Sequence record: LC494302.1
DNA from: Escherichia phage SP27
Strand: one strand, 5' to 3'
Length of the DNA: 64,000 nt
Every line of letters starts with the position of its first letter. The first letter of the stretch is position 1. Below, piece by piece: positions 30,249-39,272 of this stretch. The notes below the pieces were generated by a model. It ran no database searches. It worked only from the letters and a program-made list of their open reading frames with translations, and had not been told where the DNA came from. The position numbers and the translations under genes were made by a program.

Positions 30249-30467
30249 ATGAATTTATATCTAGTTGAAGGTTTAGTACAAGTCTATAAACCAGAAGGTG
30301 AAGGTCAACGTTTTTCACACGTAGAAGAATTTAAGTACGTTGTACAGGCTGATGGTCAGTACGATGCGGAAATTCAAGTAGATGAATCATTCCGTAAGAA
30401 AAATGAAATTGGTAAATTTCAATACCAGAACTTACAATATAAAGTATGGCCTAGTATAAATGACTAA
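30249..30467 (+). CDS. small protein, SExDAL-like
   Basis: 72 aa, GAGGAA SD; VQADGQYDAEIQV. Confidence 0.55.
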   Translation: MNLYLVEGLVQVYKPEGEGQRFSHVEEFKYVVQADGQYDAEIQVDESFRKKNEIGKFQYQNLQYKVWPSIND

Positions 30468-30675
30468 GATGTGGTGGTGTCATGGTGTATATAACGTGTA
30501 TGTAAATGGTAGATATAAAATGTCTAGTACCTATGCAAGACGTGTTAATGCGAACAACCAAGTTGATGCTGCTTGTGAGATCATTGAGTGGTATGCTGAG
30601 TTCAATGCACCTGACTATATGTACGAAATAGTTACAATAAATGTTGTACAAATCGATACATCTTTGATACAATAA
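30460..30675 (+). CDS. small protein, SExDAL-like
   Basis: 71 aa, 8-nt overlap, weak SD; NANNQVDAACEII. Confidence 0.45.
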   Translation: MTKMWWCHGVYNVYVNGRYKMSSTYARRVNANNQVDAACEIIEWYAEFNAPDYMYEIVTINVVQIDTSLIQ

Positions 30676-30708
30676 CCACATCAAAAAAAATTGCATCTGA
30701 GGATACTT

Positions 30709-31371
30709 ATGTTAGTTAATCTTAATTTCATCACTTCACCTGACTGGGCATTACGTGGAGTTTCTTTAAACTTCAAGGAAACTATGTTTGACTACATTGG
30801 TGAGTGTACATTGGTAAATGCAACTTTTGATCCAAATCATCCGTTTTGGGCTGAAATTCATGATCCAAATGTAAACAACAATACATCTGTTATGACTATT
30901 GTCCAGACTAAACATGCAGGTATCCTTGCAGGTTATCGACCTGCACATGCAATTGAACACTTCACTGATTACGATGTCGTGGATGAATACCCAATGATCC
31001 ATGAAGATGGAAGTCTATACACATCTGAAGACTTCCGTGCTATCTTTAATAGTACTGATGATATTCTACCAAGTGGACGTCCACGTCCTGAGTCTTATCT
31101 TATGCATCCATCTTATGGTGTAGCAGATACGCTTGAACAGATTATGAATAAGTACAAGAACCTAATTGAAGGTCCAGAAGAAATTGTCCTGTGCTATCAC
31201 CCAGTACTGAAGTCTGAACAACCAAAGGATGGTGGATGGCGTTGGCATAAGAATGGTGAGTATATCGGTACTAAACGAAGTAAAGAACGTTTTGAGTACT
31301 TGTGTGATGAGCCAGATGTTGATGTGGTTTTGTGTTATAATTTTATTAAGGTGAAAAAGAAATGTATCTAG
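30709..31371 (+). CDS. hypothetical protein
   Basis: Tracked TTG ORF trimmed to ATG 30709 behind TGAGGA. Confidence 0.65.
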   Translation: MLVNLNFITSPDWALRGVSLNFKETMFDYIGECTLVNATFDPNHPFWAEIHDPNVNNNTSVMTIVQTKHAGILAGYRPAHAIEHFTDYDVVDEYPMIHEDGSLYTSEDFRAIFNSTDDILPSGRPRPESYLMHPSYGVADTLEQIMNKYKNLIEGPEEIVLCYHPVLKSEQPKDGGWRWHKNGEYIGTKRSKERFEYLCDEPDVDVVLCYNFIKVKKKCI

Positions 31372-31604
31372 TACTAAGTTTTGTTGTTGCACTATTGTTT
31401 ATGTTCTATCCTACACTAGTGGCATTAGCCACTAGACGAACGATGGTAGATCTCACTACTGTATTCTTGCTAAACGTGGCATTAGTACTGGTGTCTATTA
31501 TCATTCCAGTGAGCTTTACAGTTATTGATATTATTTCGGTATTACTCTTCGTGTTAAGTTATCTTATGCTTATTGAAGAAACAAATGTTGACAAACGTTC
31601 GTAG
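31362..31604 (+). CDS. small membrane protein
   Basis: 80 aa, 2-3 TM helices. Confidence 0.6.
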   Translation: MYLVLSFVVALLFMFYPTLVALATRRTMVDLTTVFLLNVALVLVSIIIPVSFTVIDIISVLLFVLSYLMLIEETNVDKRS

Positions 31605-31615
31605 TACTGTATAAT
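31588..31615 (+). promoter_or_regulatory. early promoter with TAGTACTG in spacer
   Basis: TTGACA-16 nt-TATAAT embedded in 3' end of 31362..31604. Confidence 0.6.
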
Positions 31616-31661
31616 GGTTCCTGTAGTCTGAAACTTAACACTTAAACTTGAGGTAAAAAAT

Positions 31662-31988
31662 ATGCTATCAGTACTAATTTCAATTCCGTCTTTAATTCTG
31701 ATTTGGCTTCTGGTTTACGAATGCTTTATTACTGATGATAATGATAAAAAAGAGTTCTCTGAGTTGTTTATGCTTGATTCGCCGATTGTGCGTATTTTCT
31801 ATACAGTCGTTGTGGTTTCAGTAATTGTATGGGTTTTGAGTTTTATCTTCCCACTCGGTGCAGTAGTTAAAACTTTGGATTTAGTTGAGAACTTTGTTGC
31901 AATTATGTGGCTAATCAAAGCACTATTTGCAGGAAATGTTAAAATTTGGATTGATATTATCAAATTCAAGTTCACGAATAAGATGTAA
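31662..31988 (+). CDS. membrane protein
   Basis: 108 aa, GAGG SD, 3 TM helices. Confidence 0.65.
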   Translation: MLSVLISIPSLILIWLLVYECFITDDNDKKEFSELFMLDSPIVRIFYTVVVVSVIVWVLSFIFPLGAVVKTLDLVENFVAIMWLIKALFAGNVKIWIDIIKFKFTNKM

Positions 31989-32012
31989 CAGTGAAAATAT
32001 CTCTATAGTATT

Positions 32013-32049
32013 AAATACTTCTGTACATATATATAGTACAGAAGTATTT
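32013..32049. terminator. 37-bp near-perfect palindrome / hairpin
   Basis: AAATACTTCTGTAC-atatatata-GTACAGAAGTATTT; weak T-run follows. Confidence 0.5.
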
Positions 32050-32066
32050 CTCGTTAGAGGTTTGTT

Positions 32067-32426
32067 ATGAAGAGTTATATAAAATTAATAGCACTTGTGT
32101 GTGCATTATTTTCATGTTTTAGTTATGGTGCAGCAGCAGAAACATATTGTCGTAGTACTAAGGGAACGTGGCATGTATTGACTAACGACCCTAGAAATGG
32201 TAAAAATATAGTTGTTGATGGTGTGATTTATCGTTTTAAAGTAGAAAGTATTATCGGTAATAAAAAAATCTCGACTTATAGAGATGATTCTGGTACATTA
32301 GCAAACGTAATATTAATTGTAGACCCAAGAACTGGTAATGGTGATATCTATATAGTAATTTACTTGGACTCATCGGTACGCCGTGACCTAGATATAGATA
32401 AATTGAACTTACACTGTGAAATATAG
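32067..32426 (+). CDS. secreted protein (paralog of 32818)
   Basis: Signal peptide ...FSYG-AAAE; shares DG..Y.F core with 32818. Confidence 0.65.
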   Translation: MKSYIKLIALVCALFSCFSYGAAAETYCRSTKGTWHVLTNDPRNGKNIVVDGVIYRFKVESIIGNKKISTYRDDSGTLANVILIVDPRTGNGDIYIVIYLDSSVRRDLDIDKLNLHCEI

Positions 32427-32437
32427 GACTTAAAAAA

Positions 32438-32815
32438 ATGGTAAACACTATTTTACTTTTGTTGTTGAATATTCCAATTATTCTGTCTTTTTTAATTTCT
32501 ATTTTTATGGCAGGATATTGTTTAGTTGCAGTAATTCATTTCATTTTAACAAACAAATATGTCCTAATTTCTAAGCTTGATTCTATTTTTGCTTGCGATT
32601 CGATTGCTTATAACTTGTGGTTAATTTGTTCTTGCATTATGGGAGTAACTTTCCTTCTGTATGTATTTGATGTCCTTGACCAAAAGTTCGTATACATCAG
32701 TACTGGATTGGCTCTTTATCCTGCTACGTGGTACTTGATTTACGTTGGTGATATATGGTATAGTACTTATAAAGAATATCAGTACAAGAAATCACTTAAC
32801 GTTGGAGGAAAATAA
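32438..32815 (+). CDS. multi-pass membrane protein
   Basis: 125 aa, 3-4 TM helices. Confidence 0.65.
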   Translation: MVNTILLLLLNIPIILSFLISIFMAGYCLVAVIHFILTNKYVLISKLDSIFACDSIAYNLWLICSCIMGVTFLLYVFDVLDQKFVYISTGLALYPATWYLIYVGDIWYSTYKEYQYKKSLNVGGK

Positions 32816-32817
32816 TC

Positions 32818-33192
32818 ATGAAAATTATTTTATTTTTTGTATGTATGTTAATGTGTGGATTGTCATATGCTGAACCATTGGAAGGTTTAGTTTGTACAGA
32901 TGGTAATATTAAACATATCTATCAAGGTGATAGTGACGATCGAGATATTGTATATATTGATGGACAATCATATACGTTTGTTAAAGAGCATACAGTAGGC
33001 GACATTAGCTTCACTGAGTTTTCTAACGACACAGACCCTAACTTCTTAGCGTTTATTGAAGTAGATGTATATGAAGATAGTAATGGCACACAATATGCTA
33101 AATTAGTTATGATGCGTCGTGGTGCTAAAGAAACTAGTTTTGGTGGCTTGTGTAAATATAAGGATTGGTATTATGTTGATTTATCAAAGTGA
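32818..33192 (+). CDS. secreted protein (paralog of 32067)
   Basis: Signal peptide ...GLSYA-EPLE; GGAGGA SD. Confidence 0.65.
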   Translation: MKIILFFVCMLMCGLSYAEPLEGLVCTDGNIKHIYQGDSDDRDIVYIDGQSYTFVKEHTVGDISFTEFSNDTDPNFLAFIEVDVYEDSNGTQYAKLVMMRRGAKETSFGGLCKYKDWYYVDLSK

Positions 33193-33364
33193 TAATATTC
33201 GTGTTATGCAGCATCCCTACTTACAAATCTTTGATGTGCAGCAGTATATGGAAGGTGATGACCCAAGAACCTATGGTCGTAAGTATGATTACTTCACTGT
33301 AAAGCAGTGTAAAAATATTAACGAAGTACGACAATTAGTTCAAGAACTTCAAAACAAAGGTTGA
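33173..33364 (+). CDS. hypothetical protein
   Basis: Tracked GTG ORF trimmed to ATG 33173 behind AAGGA; stop TGA lies in the TTGAC of the next cassette. Confidence 0.5.
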   Translation: MLIYQSDNIRVMQHPYLQIFDVQQYMEGDDPRTYGRKYDYFTVKQCKNINEVRQLVQELQNKG

Positions 33365-33390
33365 CTTCGGTCAGCCTTTTTTGTTATAAT
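33359..33390 (+). promoter_or_regulatory. fused terminator/early-promoter cassette (-35 inside hairpin)
   Basis: GGTTGAC-TTCG-GTCAGCC, T6, then TATAAT 18 nt after TTGACT. Confidence 0.7.
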
Positions 33391-33418
33391 TCTCTTAATA
33401 AATTAGAGGATTTTAATT

Positions 33419-33859
33419 ATGTATGTATATCGTTTTGAACTTAAATTTAGTTACATTGAACCTAACTTAGATCCTGCACGAACTGTAGGTCCGTTTGCAC
33501 GGTATTCAACCAGATACAGTACTAAAAATGGATTTGACCGTTTGCTTATGACTACACCTTCTCAATTCCAACCTGAACCAACTGAGGATGGGATCTATTC
33601 AATCAAAAGTGGATGGGTATTTGGCTGTCAAAGTTTGAAAGATTTGTTCAGATTCTTCACTATGGACTTGGGTAAATTGCATCGTGCTGGGTTTGCTATA
33701 TCTGTATATGAAGTTCCAGACCACCATGTAGACATTGGTCGTAATCAGGTTCAGTACTATTGCGGTAGTGCTAAATTAGTTCGTATCATGTCAGTTAAGG
33801 AAGCAAAGGATGAGTTCCGACAAAGTAAAAGAGAAACACATGAGGTAATATATGGATAA
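33419..33859 (+). CDS. hypothetical protein
   Basis: 146 aa, AGAGGA SD. Confidence 0.65.
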   Translation: MYVYRFELKFSYIEPNLDPARTVGPFARYSTRYSTKNGFDRLLMTTPSQFQPEPTEDGIYSIKSGWVFGCQSLKDLFRFFTMDLGKLHRAGFAISVYEVPDHHVDIGRNQVQYYCGSAKLVRIMSVKEAKDEFRQSKRETHEVIYG

Positions 33860-34196
33860 AACTCAAATAGAATTAAAGAAATTTGTTTCATTCTATCTTC
33901 CTGATGACCCACGTAATTCACAAAAAGATATTGAATATTATAATATCCTATCTAAACAGTTAATGAGAAAGTTTCAACAGTGTTTAACTATATTCAATAC
34001 AGATGGAAGACGTAGATACCGAATCGTTTCAATGAATGATGAAAACGCAAATTTCTTTGATTACGATGTAGTTTTTAGAGCATATAATGATGATCGTATA
34101 AAATTAAATTATGATCAAATTATACTTGACCTGAATGTTATATGTGTTATAATCACTCACGTAGCCGAACTTAATGGTTTTAAAGAATGGTATTGA
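33852..34196 (+). CDS. hypothetical protein
   Basis: 114 aa, GAGG SD, 8-nt overlap. Confidence 0.6.
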   Translation: MDKTQIELKKFVSFYLPDDPRNSQKDIEYYNILSKQLMRKFQQCLTIFNTDGRRRYRIVSMNDENANFFDYDVVFRAYNDDRIKLNYDQIILDLNVICVIITHVAELNGFKEWY

Positions 34197-34210
34197 ATAG
34201 AGGATAACAT

Positions 34211-34477
34211 ATGAAGCTTAAATTACAATATAATGGATTTACTTTACGTAATGATACTGAATTTATTAATCGTTCTCCTGGTGCTGAACTGTTTTTACGA
34301 GAGATGAACATTCCTTTCATCATTACTACAGTGGGCGACCGTGAAGTTCTACAATATGCAGAGCATCCGATTATTGATGTTCCTTGGTACTCTGAGCATA
34401 TGTACATGGATATGGCACGTCGCTACAACTGTAAGTTCGTAGTTGAAGGTGATAAAATTACAGTCGAATTTAAATAA
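34211..34477 (+). CDS. hypothetical protein
   Basis: 88 aa, AGAGGA SD. Confidence 0.6.
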   Translation: MKLKLQYNGFTLRNDTEFINRSPGAELFLREMNIPFIITTVGDREVLQYAEHPIIDVPWYSEHMYMDMARRYNCKFVVEGDKITVEFK

Positions 34478-34489
34478 GGTAAATTAAAA

Positions 34490-34783
34490 ATGATCAGTAC
34501 TTCAGTTAATGAAAGCATCGTCGCTGACGTAGAAATGGTTAAAGAATGTGCAGATGAAACTCTTCGTGATATGTACATTAATGATTTAATTACTGAATAC
34601 GGTAGTCGTGGTGTACACGAATTTATTCGTTTAAGTGGAGAGTTGATGAAAAATCGAATTCGTATGAAGCTTAACGTACATCCAAAAGCATGGGCATTTA
34701 CATTAAAATACGCAGAAGATATTGTTAATTTGCGTCGAACTGAAGTATATGAACGTTTGCACAATGGTATGTTAGATAAATGA
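34490..34783 (+). CDS. hypothetical protein
   Basis: 97 aa, AAGG SD; antisense ORF 34423..34764 judged spurious. Confidence 0.6.
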   Translation: MISTSVNESIVADVEMVKECADETLRDMYINDLITEYGSRGVHEFIRLSGELMKNRIRMKLNVHPKAWAFTLKYAEDIVNLRRTEVYERLHNGMLDK

Positions 34784-34792
34784 TTGTAAAAT

Positions 34793-34819
34793 AGGAATTC
34801 TTAAATGAATTCCTTTTTG
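34793..34819 (+). terminator. intrinsic terminator
   Basis: AGGAATTC-TTAAAT-GAATTCCT then T5. Confidence 0.65.
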
Positions 34820-34835
34820 TTTATAAGGTATAGTA

Positions 34836-35057
34836 ATGAAATATATAGTACTTGTACTGATATTATTCAGTACTGTTGTAAGTGCTAAACAAAAAGAATA
34901 TGTTAAATGTATAAATTATGAAGAGAAATATGTTGAAACATATAAAAAAAGTATAATTAAAAACGTTTCGATTACTAACAGAGCAACAATCATTGTACTT
35001 AAAAATGGGTTAATTATGCTATATAAACCACACGTTAAATGTGAAATTATTAATTGA
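34836..35057 (+). CDS. small secreted protein
   Basis: Signal peptide ...STVVSA-KQKE. Confidence 0.6.
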   Translation: MKYIVLVLILFSTVVSAKQKEYVKCINYEEKYVETYKKSIIKNVSITNRATIIVLKNGLIMLYKPHVKCEIIN

Positions 35058-35064
35058 GGAAATT

Positions 35065-35637
35065 ATGAATCGTAAAGGTCGTTTTAAAGTATCAAAAAAG
35101 AACAAAAGTTCTAGGTTTAAACCTATTGTTTTAACAGTTAAATCTAACAAAGATTTAACTGCACTTAGTAAAAAGATAATTTCATCTAAGATTGAAGTAT
35201 CATACGTAAATTCATTAAAATATATGAATGTCAAACCACTGGACCAACTCATTTCACTTATATTTGAACGTAATGATTTTGAGATATCAGTAGATGATTA
35301 TAGAGCCTATAATGCTGGTTTCATTAATGTTACTTGTAATAAAAAACTAACTGAGTTGGAAAATTTGTCATGTATAATAAATCTAGATAAAGGTGTTGTG
35401 AAGTACCATTTTGTACATTTCACTAATATCAATAATGGAATGGGTGTACAATCCAGACCTATAGTGCCTACGTGTGATGTTACTAAATTAGCAAAGCTCA
35501 ATGATGAAGAATATTTTCAAGAAAGCATTGTAACTGAGCATTTAGATGATATAATAGCTACTTACAAAGAATGCATATGGGTGTTGAATGCTATAAAACC
35601 TAAATTGTGTTTAATGAATATTGTTCGTGATTTATGA
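35065..35637 (+). CDS. FQxST-motif family protein
   Basis: Trimmed to ATG 35065 behind TGAGGAA; motif NDEEYFQESIVTEH. Confidence 0.7.
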   Translation: MNRKGRFKVSKKNKSSRFKPIVLTVKSNKDLTALSKKIISSKIEVSYVNSLKYMNVKPLDQLISLIFERNDFEISVDDYRAYNAGFINVTCNKKLTELENLSCIINLDKGVVKYHFVHFTNINNGMGVQSRPIVPTCDVTKLAKLNDEEYFQESIVTEHLDDIIATYKECIWVLNAIKPKLCLMNIVRDL

Positions 35638-35650
35638 ATGGGGAATCGTA

Positions 35651-36094
35651 ATGAGTTGGGTAAATGTTAATAGTATTGAACTTAACGAACAAGATATTTT
35701 TGCATTTGTAAATTTAACTAATAACACAGTACTAAAAGGGCGTTTGTTCAGTGCTAGTGATGGGTACAAATGGATCTCTTTGATGGATGATAGTGGTGTG
35801 ATTTATAATGTAATGCAATTACCCCAATGGGTATATAGTAACACTGCTGACGATGTTCTTACCGCAGTTATGCGTGAGTTTGAAAAACTCCCAGGTGGTG
35901 ATATCAAAAACAAAGTTTTTAATGCAGAACGTAAAAATTATACAGCACAGCAGTTGGAATCCGTTGCCATTGCTGCTTATCAAGCTGCTATTAAGAAGCC
36001 AGAGTGCGTTATTCTTAAGTATGTACCAGACTTAAAACTTACGTTGGAAGACATGGATGCATTCATTTTTACATCTGAACTTGATCAGTACTAA
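35651..36094 (+). CDS. hypothetical protein
   Basis: Trimmed to ATG 35651 (MSWVNVNS...). Confidence 0.65.
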   Translation: MSWVNVNSIELNEQDIFAFVNLTNNTVLKGRLFSASDGYKWISLMDDSGVIYNVMQLPQWVYSNTADDVLTAVMREFEKLPGGDIKNKVFNAERKNYTAQQLESVAIAAYQAAIKKPECVILKYVPDLKLTLEDMDAFIFTSELDQY

Positions 36095-36102
36095 TTTAAC
36101 TT

Positions 36103-36131
36103 TGGGACAACCATTCTTATTATGATATAAT
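36103..36131 (+). promoter_or_regulatory. sigma70-like promoter with extended -10
   Basis: TGGGAC-17 nt-TATAAT preceded by TGA. Confidence 0.55.
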
Positions 36132-36210
36132 GTTTTATGTCATTCGATATAAATGACAAACGGAACTATAAATATTATAGTAAAATTTATCTCTTATAGG
36201 AGTTATAAAA

Positions 36211-36594
36211 ATGGTTGATAAATGGAATAAGAAAGATCCATCACATGATGTTGATATTTCTGGTCTAGACAATGCACATAAGCACAAGTATCTAGATTCA
36301 CTAGGTCTTCTAAAACCAGACCAAAGTCTTGCACATGATCGTCCATCCCGTGAAAAAGCATTTAGCCTAGAATCACTAGGTCATGAGCTTAATCGTGTGT
36401 TTGAGGATCACCCAATCTATGTACGTGATATTATCGAGAAACTTAAAGTAACTCCTAAAGAGCACTTTAAAGCAACTGTACACTCTGCATTCCGTGCATT
36501 ACATGAATCTCTAAAGAAAACTCACAATCTTCGTAAAATTCATGATGAAATCGTGAATGCAATCGAAAGTGAAAAACATAAGTTCAAGAAGTAA
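36211..36594 (+). CDS. hypothetical protein (paralog of N-part of 36840)
   Basis: 127 aa; KYLDSLGLLKPDQ and ...IIEKLKVTPKEHFKATV align with 36840. Confidence 0.65.
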   Translation: MVDKWNKKDPSHDVDISGLDNAHKHKYLDSLGLLKPDQSLAHDRPSREKAFSLESLGHELNRVFEDHPIYVRDIIEKLKVTPKEHFKATVHSAFRALHESLKKTHNLRKIHDEIVNAIESEKHKFKK

Positions 36595-36600
36595 TAAAAA

Positions 36601-36633
36601 GGGTTGACTAAGGTCAGCCCTTTGTTGTATCAT
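36601..36633 (+). promoter_or_regulatory. fused terminator/early-promoter cassette
   Basis: GGGTTGAC-TAAG-GTCAGCCC, TTTGTTG, TATCAT 18 nt after TTGACT. Confidence 0.65.
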
Positions 36634-36662
36634 AACTTCTCAATATAACTGAGGTATCATAT

Positions 36663-36776
36663 ATGCAAGGTTTAAAATTTGTAGTTGCTGCACTCATCGC
36701 CGCAGTACTGGTTGGTGGTGTATTCTATGTAGTGGATCAAAAAGTAAATCCACCTGCACAAGAACAATCTAAGTAA
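36663..36776 (+). CDS. 37-aa single-TM peptide
   Basis: GAGG SD; own translation MQGLKFVVAALIAAVLVGGVFYVVDQKVNPPAQEQSK. Confidence 0.5.
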   Translation: MQGLKFVVAALIAAVLVGGVFYVVDQKVNPPAQEQSK

Positions 36777-36784
36777 CAAAATAA

Positions 36785-36822
36785 GGTTGACTTCGGTCAG
36801 CCTTTTCTTTATACTATAAATA
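36785..36822 (+). promoter_or_regulatory. fused terminator/early-promoter cassette plus TATAAATA late-type box
   Basis: GGTTGAC-TTCG-GTCAGCC, TTGACT-17-TATACT, then TATAAATA at 36815-36822. Confidence 0.6.
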
Positions 36823-36839
36823 TAGACATAGAGAAAAAA

Positions 36840-38117
36840 ATGAAATCTATGGAGAGAAATCAAATGCCAAGTAATTTTACTGATAAAAATGGTGGTAACA
36901 TGGCTGGTCACTCTGATAAATGGAGTGAACGCAACCGCCGTCCAAATAGTTATCAAGCAGGTCAAGGTTCACGTGGATCACGTAACCAAGGAACTGGTCT
37001 AGCTGGTAAAGCAAACGCAGAAGCAGGTGAAGTTAAGAGTACTGAGAACATGACTGAGCTAGAAAAGCTACGTTATGTTAATTCATTGGGACTTCTTAAT
37101 GCTACACAAAAACAACGCCTAGCTGATATGGAACGTGAAGAAAAAGAAAAGTCTGCTCCTGCGAAAGAAGAACCAAAACAAGAAGCACCAAAGGCGGTTA
37201 ACCCTGTCAAAGAACTGTCTGATAAGTTAGGTAAGATTTTTGCTAATAAACCACAACTTATCCAAGGTATTGTGAAAGAATTGCAATCTGTACCTAAAGA
37301 AGAATTAAAAGTCAAAGCACAAGCTGTGCTTGATGCAATGAGTGGAAATACCAGTACTGAACCAACTGAAGTATTCAGTACTATAATGCGTGCACTTGAA
37401 GGTACGCAACAAGGTGATGTGCCTGCACAAGAGGAAGTAAGTCTTGAAAGCGTACTTAAAACATTTGATAGTATTGGTAAAGAAGACCGTGCTAATGCTC
37501 AACAAGTTAAGAATGTACTAGCTAAGTTAGAAAACCGTCTGGAAGGTAAAGACGATAAGATTAAATTAGTATCTGATGCAGTTAACGATGCACTTAAATC
37601 TTATGTACAAGGTGAAAAGAGTCGTTTTGTAACTGCAATGGATGCTGCATTCAATACTATGAAAAAGTATGAAGCTGATCATGGTGAGAAGGTTACACGA
37701 GATGGTTATCTGATGCGTGATGATGAAGAAGGTGCAGTAGAACAGAACGATGTTCATTCAGACGAAGAAATTGATGACATGGAAGCTGAACTGTCACAAG
37801 ACCGCCAAATGACTGAAAAATCCCATAACGAACTACAGAAATTAATGCAATGGGTTGCAGATGTTGGTGAAAAAGCTGGTGCTGATAAGAAGAGTATAAA
37901 TCGAAATCTTAGTTGGATTAAAGATAAAGTTGGTAACAACGCTCGTAAACTACAAAAAGCGTGGACTGATGTAGTGAATGGTGCTGTTGATATTGATGTT
38001 GAATCCGGTGAGGCATATGATTATGCATTGACTACACTTGATGACTCTTTCCGTGATTACGAAAATGGAAATGTAACTCCTTGGGAAAAGGACATCATGA
38101 GCAAATACGGTAAATGA
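36840..38117 (+). CDS. large charged hypothetical protein (start may be 36864)
   Basis: 425 aa, K/E/D-rich; N-part paralogous to 36211..36594; antisense ORFs judged spurious. Confidence 0.7.
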   Translation: MKSMERNQMPSNFTDKNGGNMAGHSDKWSERNRRPNSYQAGQGSRGSRNQGTGLAGKANAEAGEVKSTENMTELEKLRYVNSLGLLNATQKQRLADMEREEKEKSAPAKEEPKQEAPKAVNPVKELSDKLGKIFANKPQLIQGIVKELQSVPKEELKVKAQAVLDAMSGNTSTEPTEVFSTIMRALEGTQQGDVPAQEEVSLESVLKTFDSIGKEDRANAQQVKNVLAKLENRLEGKDDKIKLVSDAVNDALKSYVQGEKSRFVTAMDAAFNTMKKYEADHGEKVTRDGYLMRDDEEGAVEQNDVHSDEEIDDMEAELSQDRQMTEKSHNELQKLMQWVADVGEKAGADKKSINRNLSWIKDKVGNNARKLQKAWTDVVNGAVDIDVESGEAYDYALTTLDDSFRDYENGNVTPWEKDIMSKYGK

Positions 38118-38127
38118 TAAAACAAAA

Positions 38128-38159
38128 GGTTGACTTCGGTCAGCCTTTTTTTGTAAATA
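38128..38159 (+). promoter_or_regulatory. fused terminator/promoter cassette (weak -10, TAAATA)
   Basis: GGTTGAC-TTCG-GTCAGCC, T7, then GTAAATAC. Confidence 0.55.
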
Positions 38160-38188
38160 CAAAAGAGGAATTAAGAAGAGGGATTACA

Positions 38189-38440
38189 ATGAAAAAATAT
38201 ATTATATTTGGAATTGTATTATTTTCCAGTACTGCTTATGGTGCAGATTATCATTGCTCCGTAGCAAGGCAGGATTTCAGAAATGGGGAGTTCTATACTA
38301 CCTCATACACAAAAGGAATAATACACGACACCGACAGAACTATTGGATTTAATGCGTTTGACAACAAAGATTCATATACTTCAGGTATACTATCTGAGCG
38401 TAAGACTGATGTAATGGGAATAGAAAAAGAGTTTCGGTGA
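38189..38440 (+). CDS. small secreted protein
   Basis: Trimmed to ATG 38189 behind AGAGGGA; signal peptide ...SSTAYG-ADYH. Confidence 0.6.
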   Translation: MKKYIIFGIVLFSSTAYGADYHCSVARQDFRNGEFYTTSYTKGIIHDTDRTIGFNAFDNKDSYTSGILSERKTDVMGIEKEFR

Positions 38441-38450
38441 TTCCGTGGCA

Positions 38451-38774
38451 ATGTGTAATGACATTGAAAGTACTAAAACAATTTATTATAATAATGAACG
38501 TAACTATCGTTTTCATAATTTAACCACAAATAAAAGTTTACTATTTTACAATTGTAAAGAAGTAATACTCCCATCAGACAATAGCTGTACTCCAACTAAT
38601 CAACCCCCAGCACAATGTAATACTCCCTCTGAACCTGATAAAAATAAAAAAGACAAAGATAAAGATAAAAAAGAAGACAAAAAACCTTTAAAAGATAAAA
38701 AGAAAGATAAAAAACCTAATCCGTTTAAAAATAATAAACCAGCACAACCCGATATGACGTGTAAAATAAAATAA
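38451..38774 (+). CDS. hypothetical protein with K/D-rich low-complexity tail
   Basis: ATG 38451; no clear SD; PDKNKKDKDKDKKEDKKPLKDKKKDKK tract. Confidence 0.45.
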   Translation: MCNDIESTKTIYYNNERNYRFHNLTTNKSLLFYNCKEVILPSDNSCTPTNQPPAQCNTPSEPDKNKKDKDKDKKEDKKPLKDKKKDKKPNPFKNNKPAQPDMTCKIK

Positions 38775-38783
38775 GGATATATA

Positions 38784-39203
38784 ATGAAAAAGATTTTTTT
38801 AAGTATTATTTTAGTACTTTTTAGTTTTAATGTATATGCAGCAGATGCTAAACAGGTTGCTAATACAGTAAAAGATGTTATAGTAGACAATGCTCCTACC
38901 TTAGAGGAAATTGGGGTAAAAACTTGTGATATAGTAATATATAATTTAGTTAATGATGAACGAGTTATGTTGAATACGTATGAACAAGTAGTCCCATTGG
39001 TTGAATCTGGTGATGCTTTTAGCTTTACATATAAAGTTAAATTAACAGGAGGGGTTGAAGTTAATCTTGACATTGATACCGCTTCAGTACTAAAAGATAA
39101 ACTAGGATATGTGTTCAATCGTATTCGTGAAGAAGGTCATCTTAAGTATGTTTATGAAAGTAAAATACTAAAACGTGCAATAGTTATAGAAAACTGTAAA
39201 TGA
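38784..39203 (+). CDS. secreted protein
   Basis: AAGGA SD; signal peptide ...SFNVYA-ADAK; antisense 172-aa ORF judged spurious. Confidence 0.65.
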   Translation: MKKIFLSIILVLFSFNVYAADAKQVANTVKDVIVDNAPTLEEIGVKTCDIVIYNLVNDERVMLNTYEQVVPLVESGDAFSFTYKVKLTGGVEVNLDIDTASVLKDKLGYVFNRIREEGHLKYVYESKILKRAIVIENCK

Positions 39204-39212
39204 TAATAAAAG

Positions 39213-39244
39213 GGTTGACTTCGGTCAGCCTTTTTTGTTATGAT
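39213..39244 (+). promoter_or_regulatory. fused terminator/early-promoter cassette
   Basis: GGTTGAC-TTCG-GTCAGCC, T6, TATGAT 18 nt after TTGACT. Confidence 0.65.
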
Positions 39245-39272
39245 GTTGATATTAACTACAGAGGATAAAGTA

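Noticed and set aside
38630-38740. AAAGATAAA-type tandem repetition
   Set aside because: It is the coding low-complexity K/D tract of ORF 38451..38774, not an independent repeat element.
38600-39118. 172-aa minus-strand ORF
   Set aside because: It is antisense to two plus-strand genes that have SDs and signal peptides. It has low-complexity S/L/F composition and no upstream signals.
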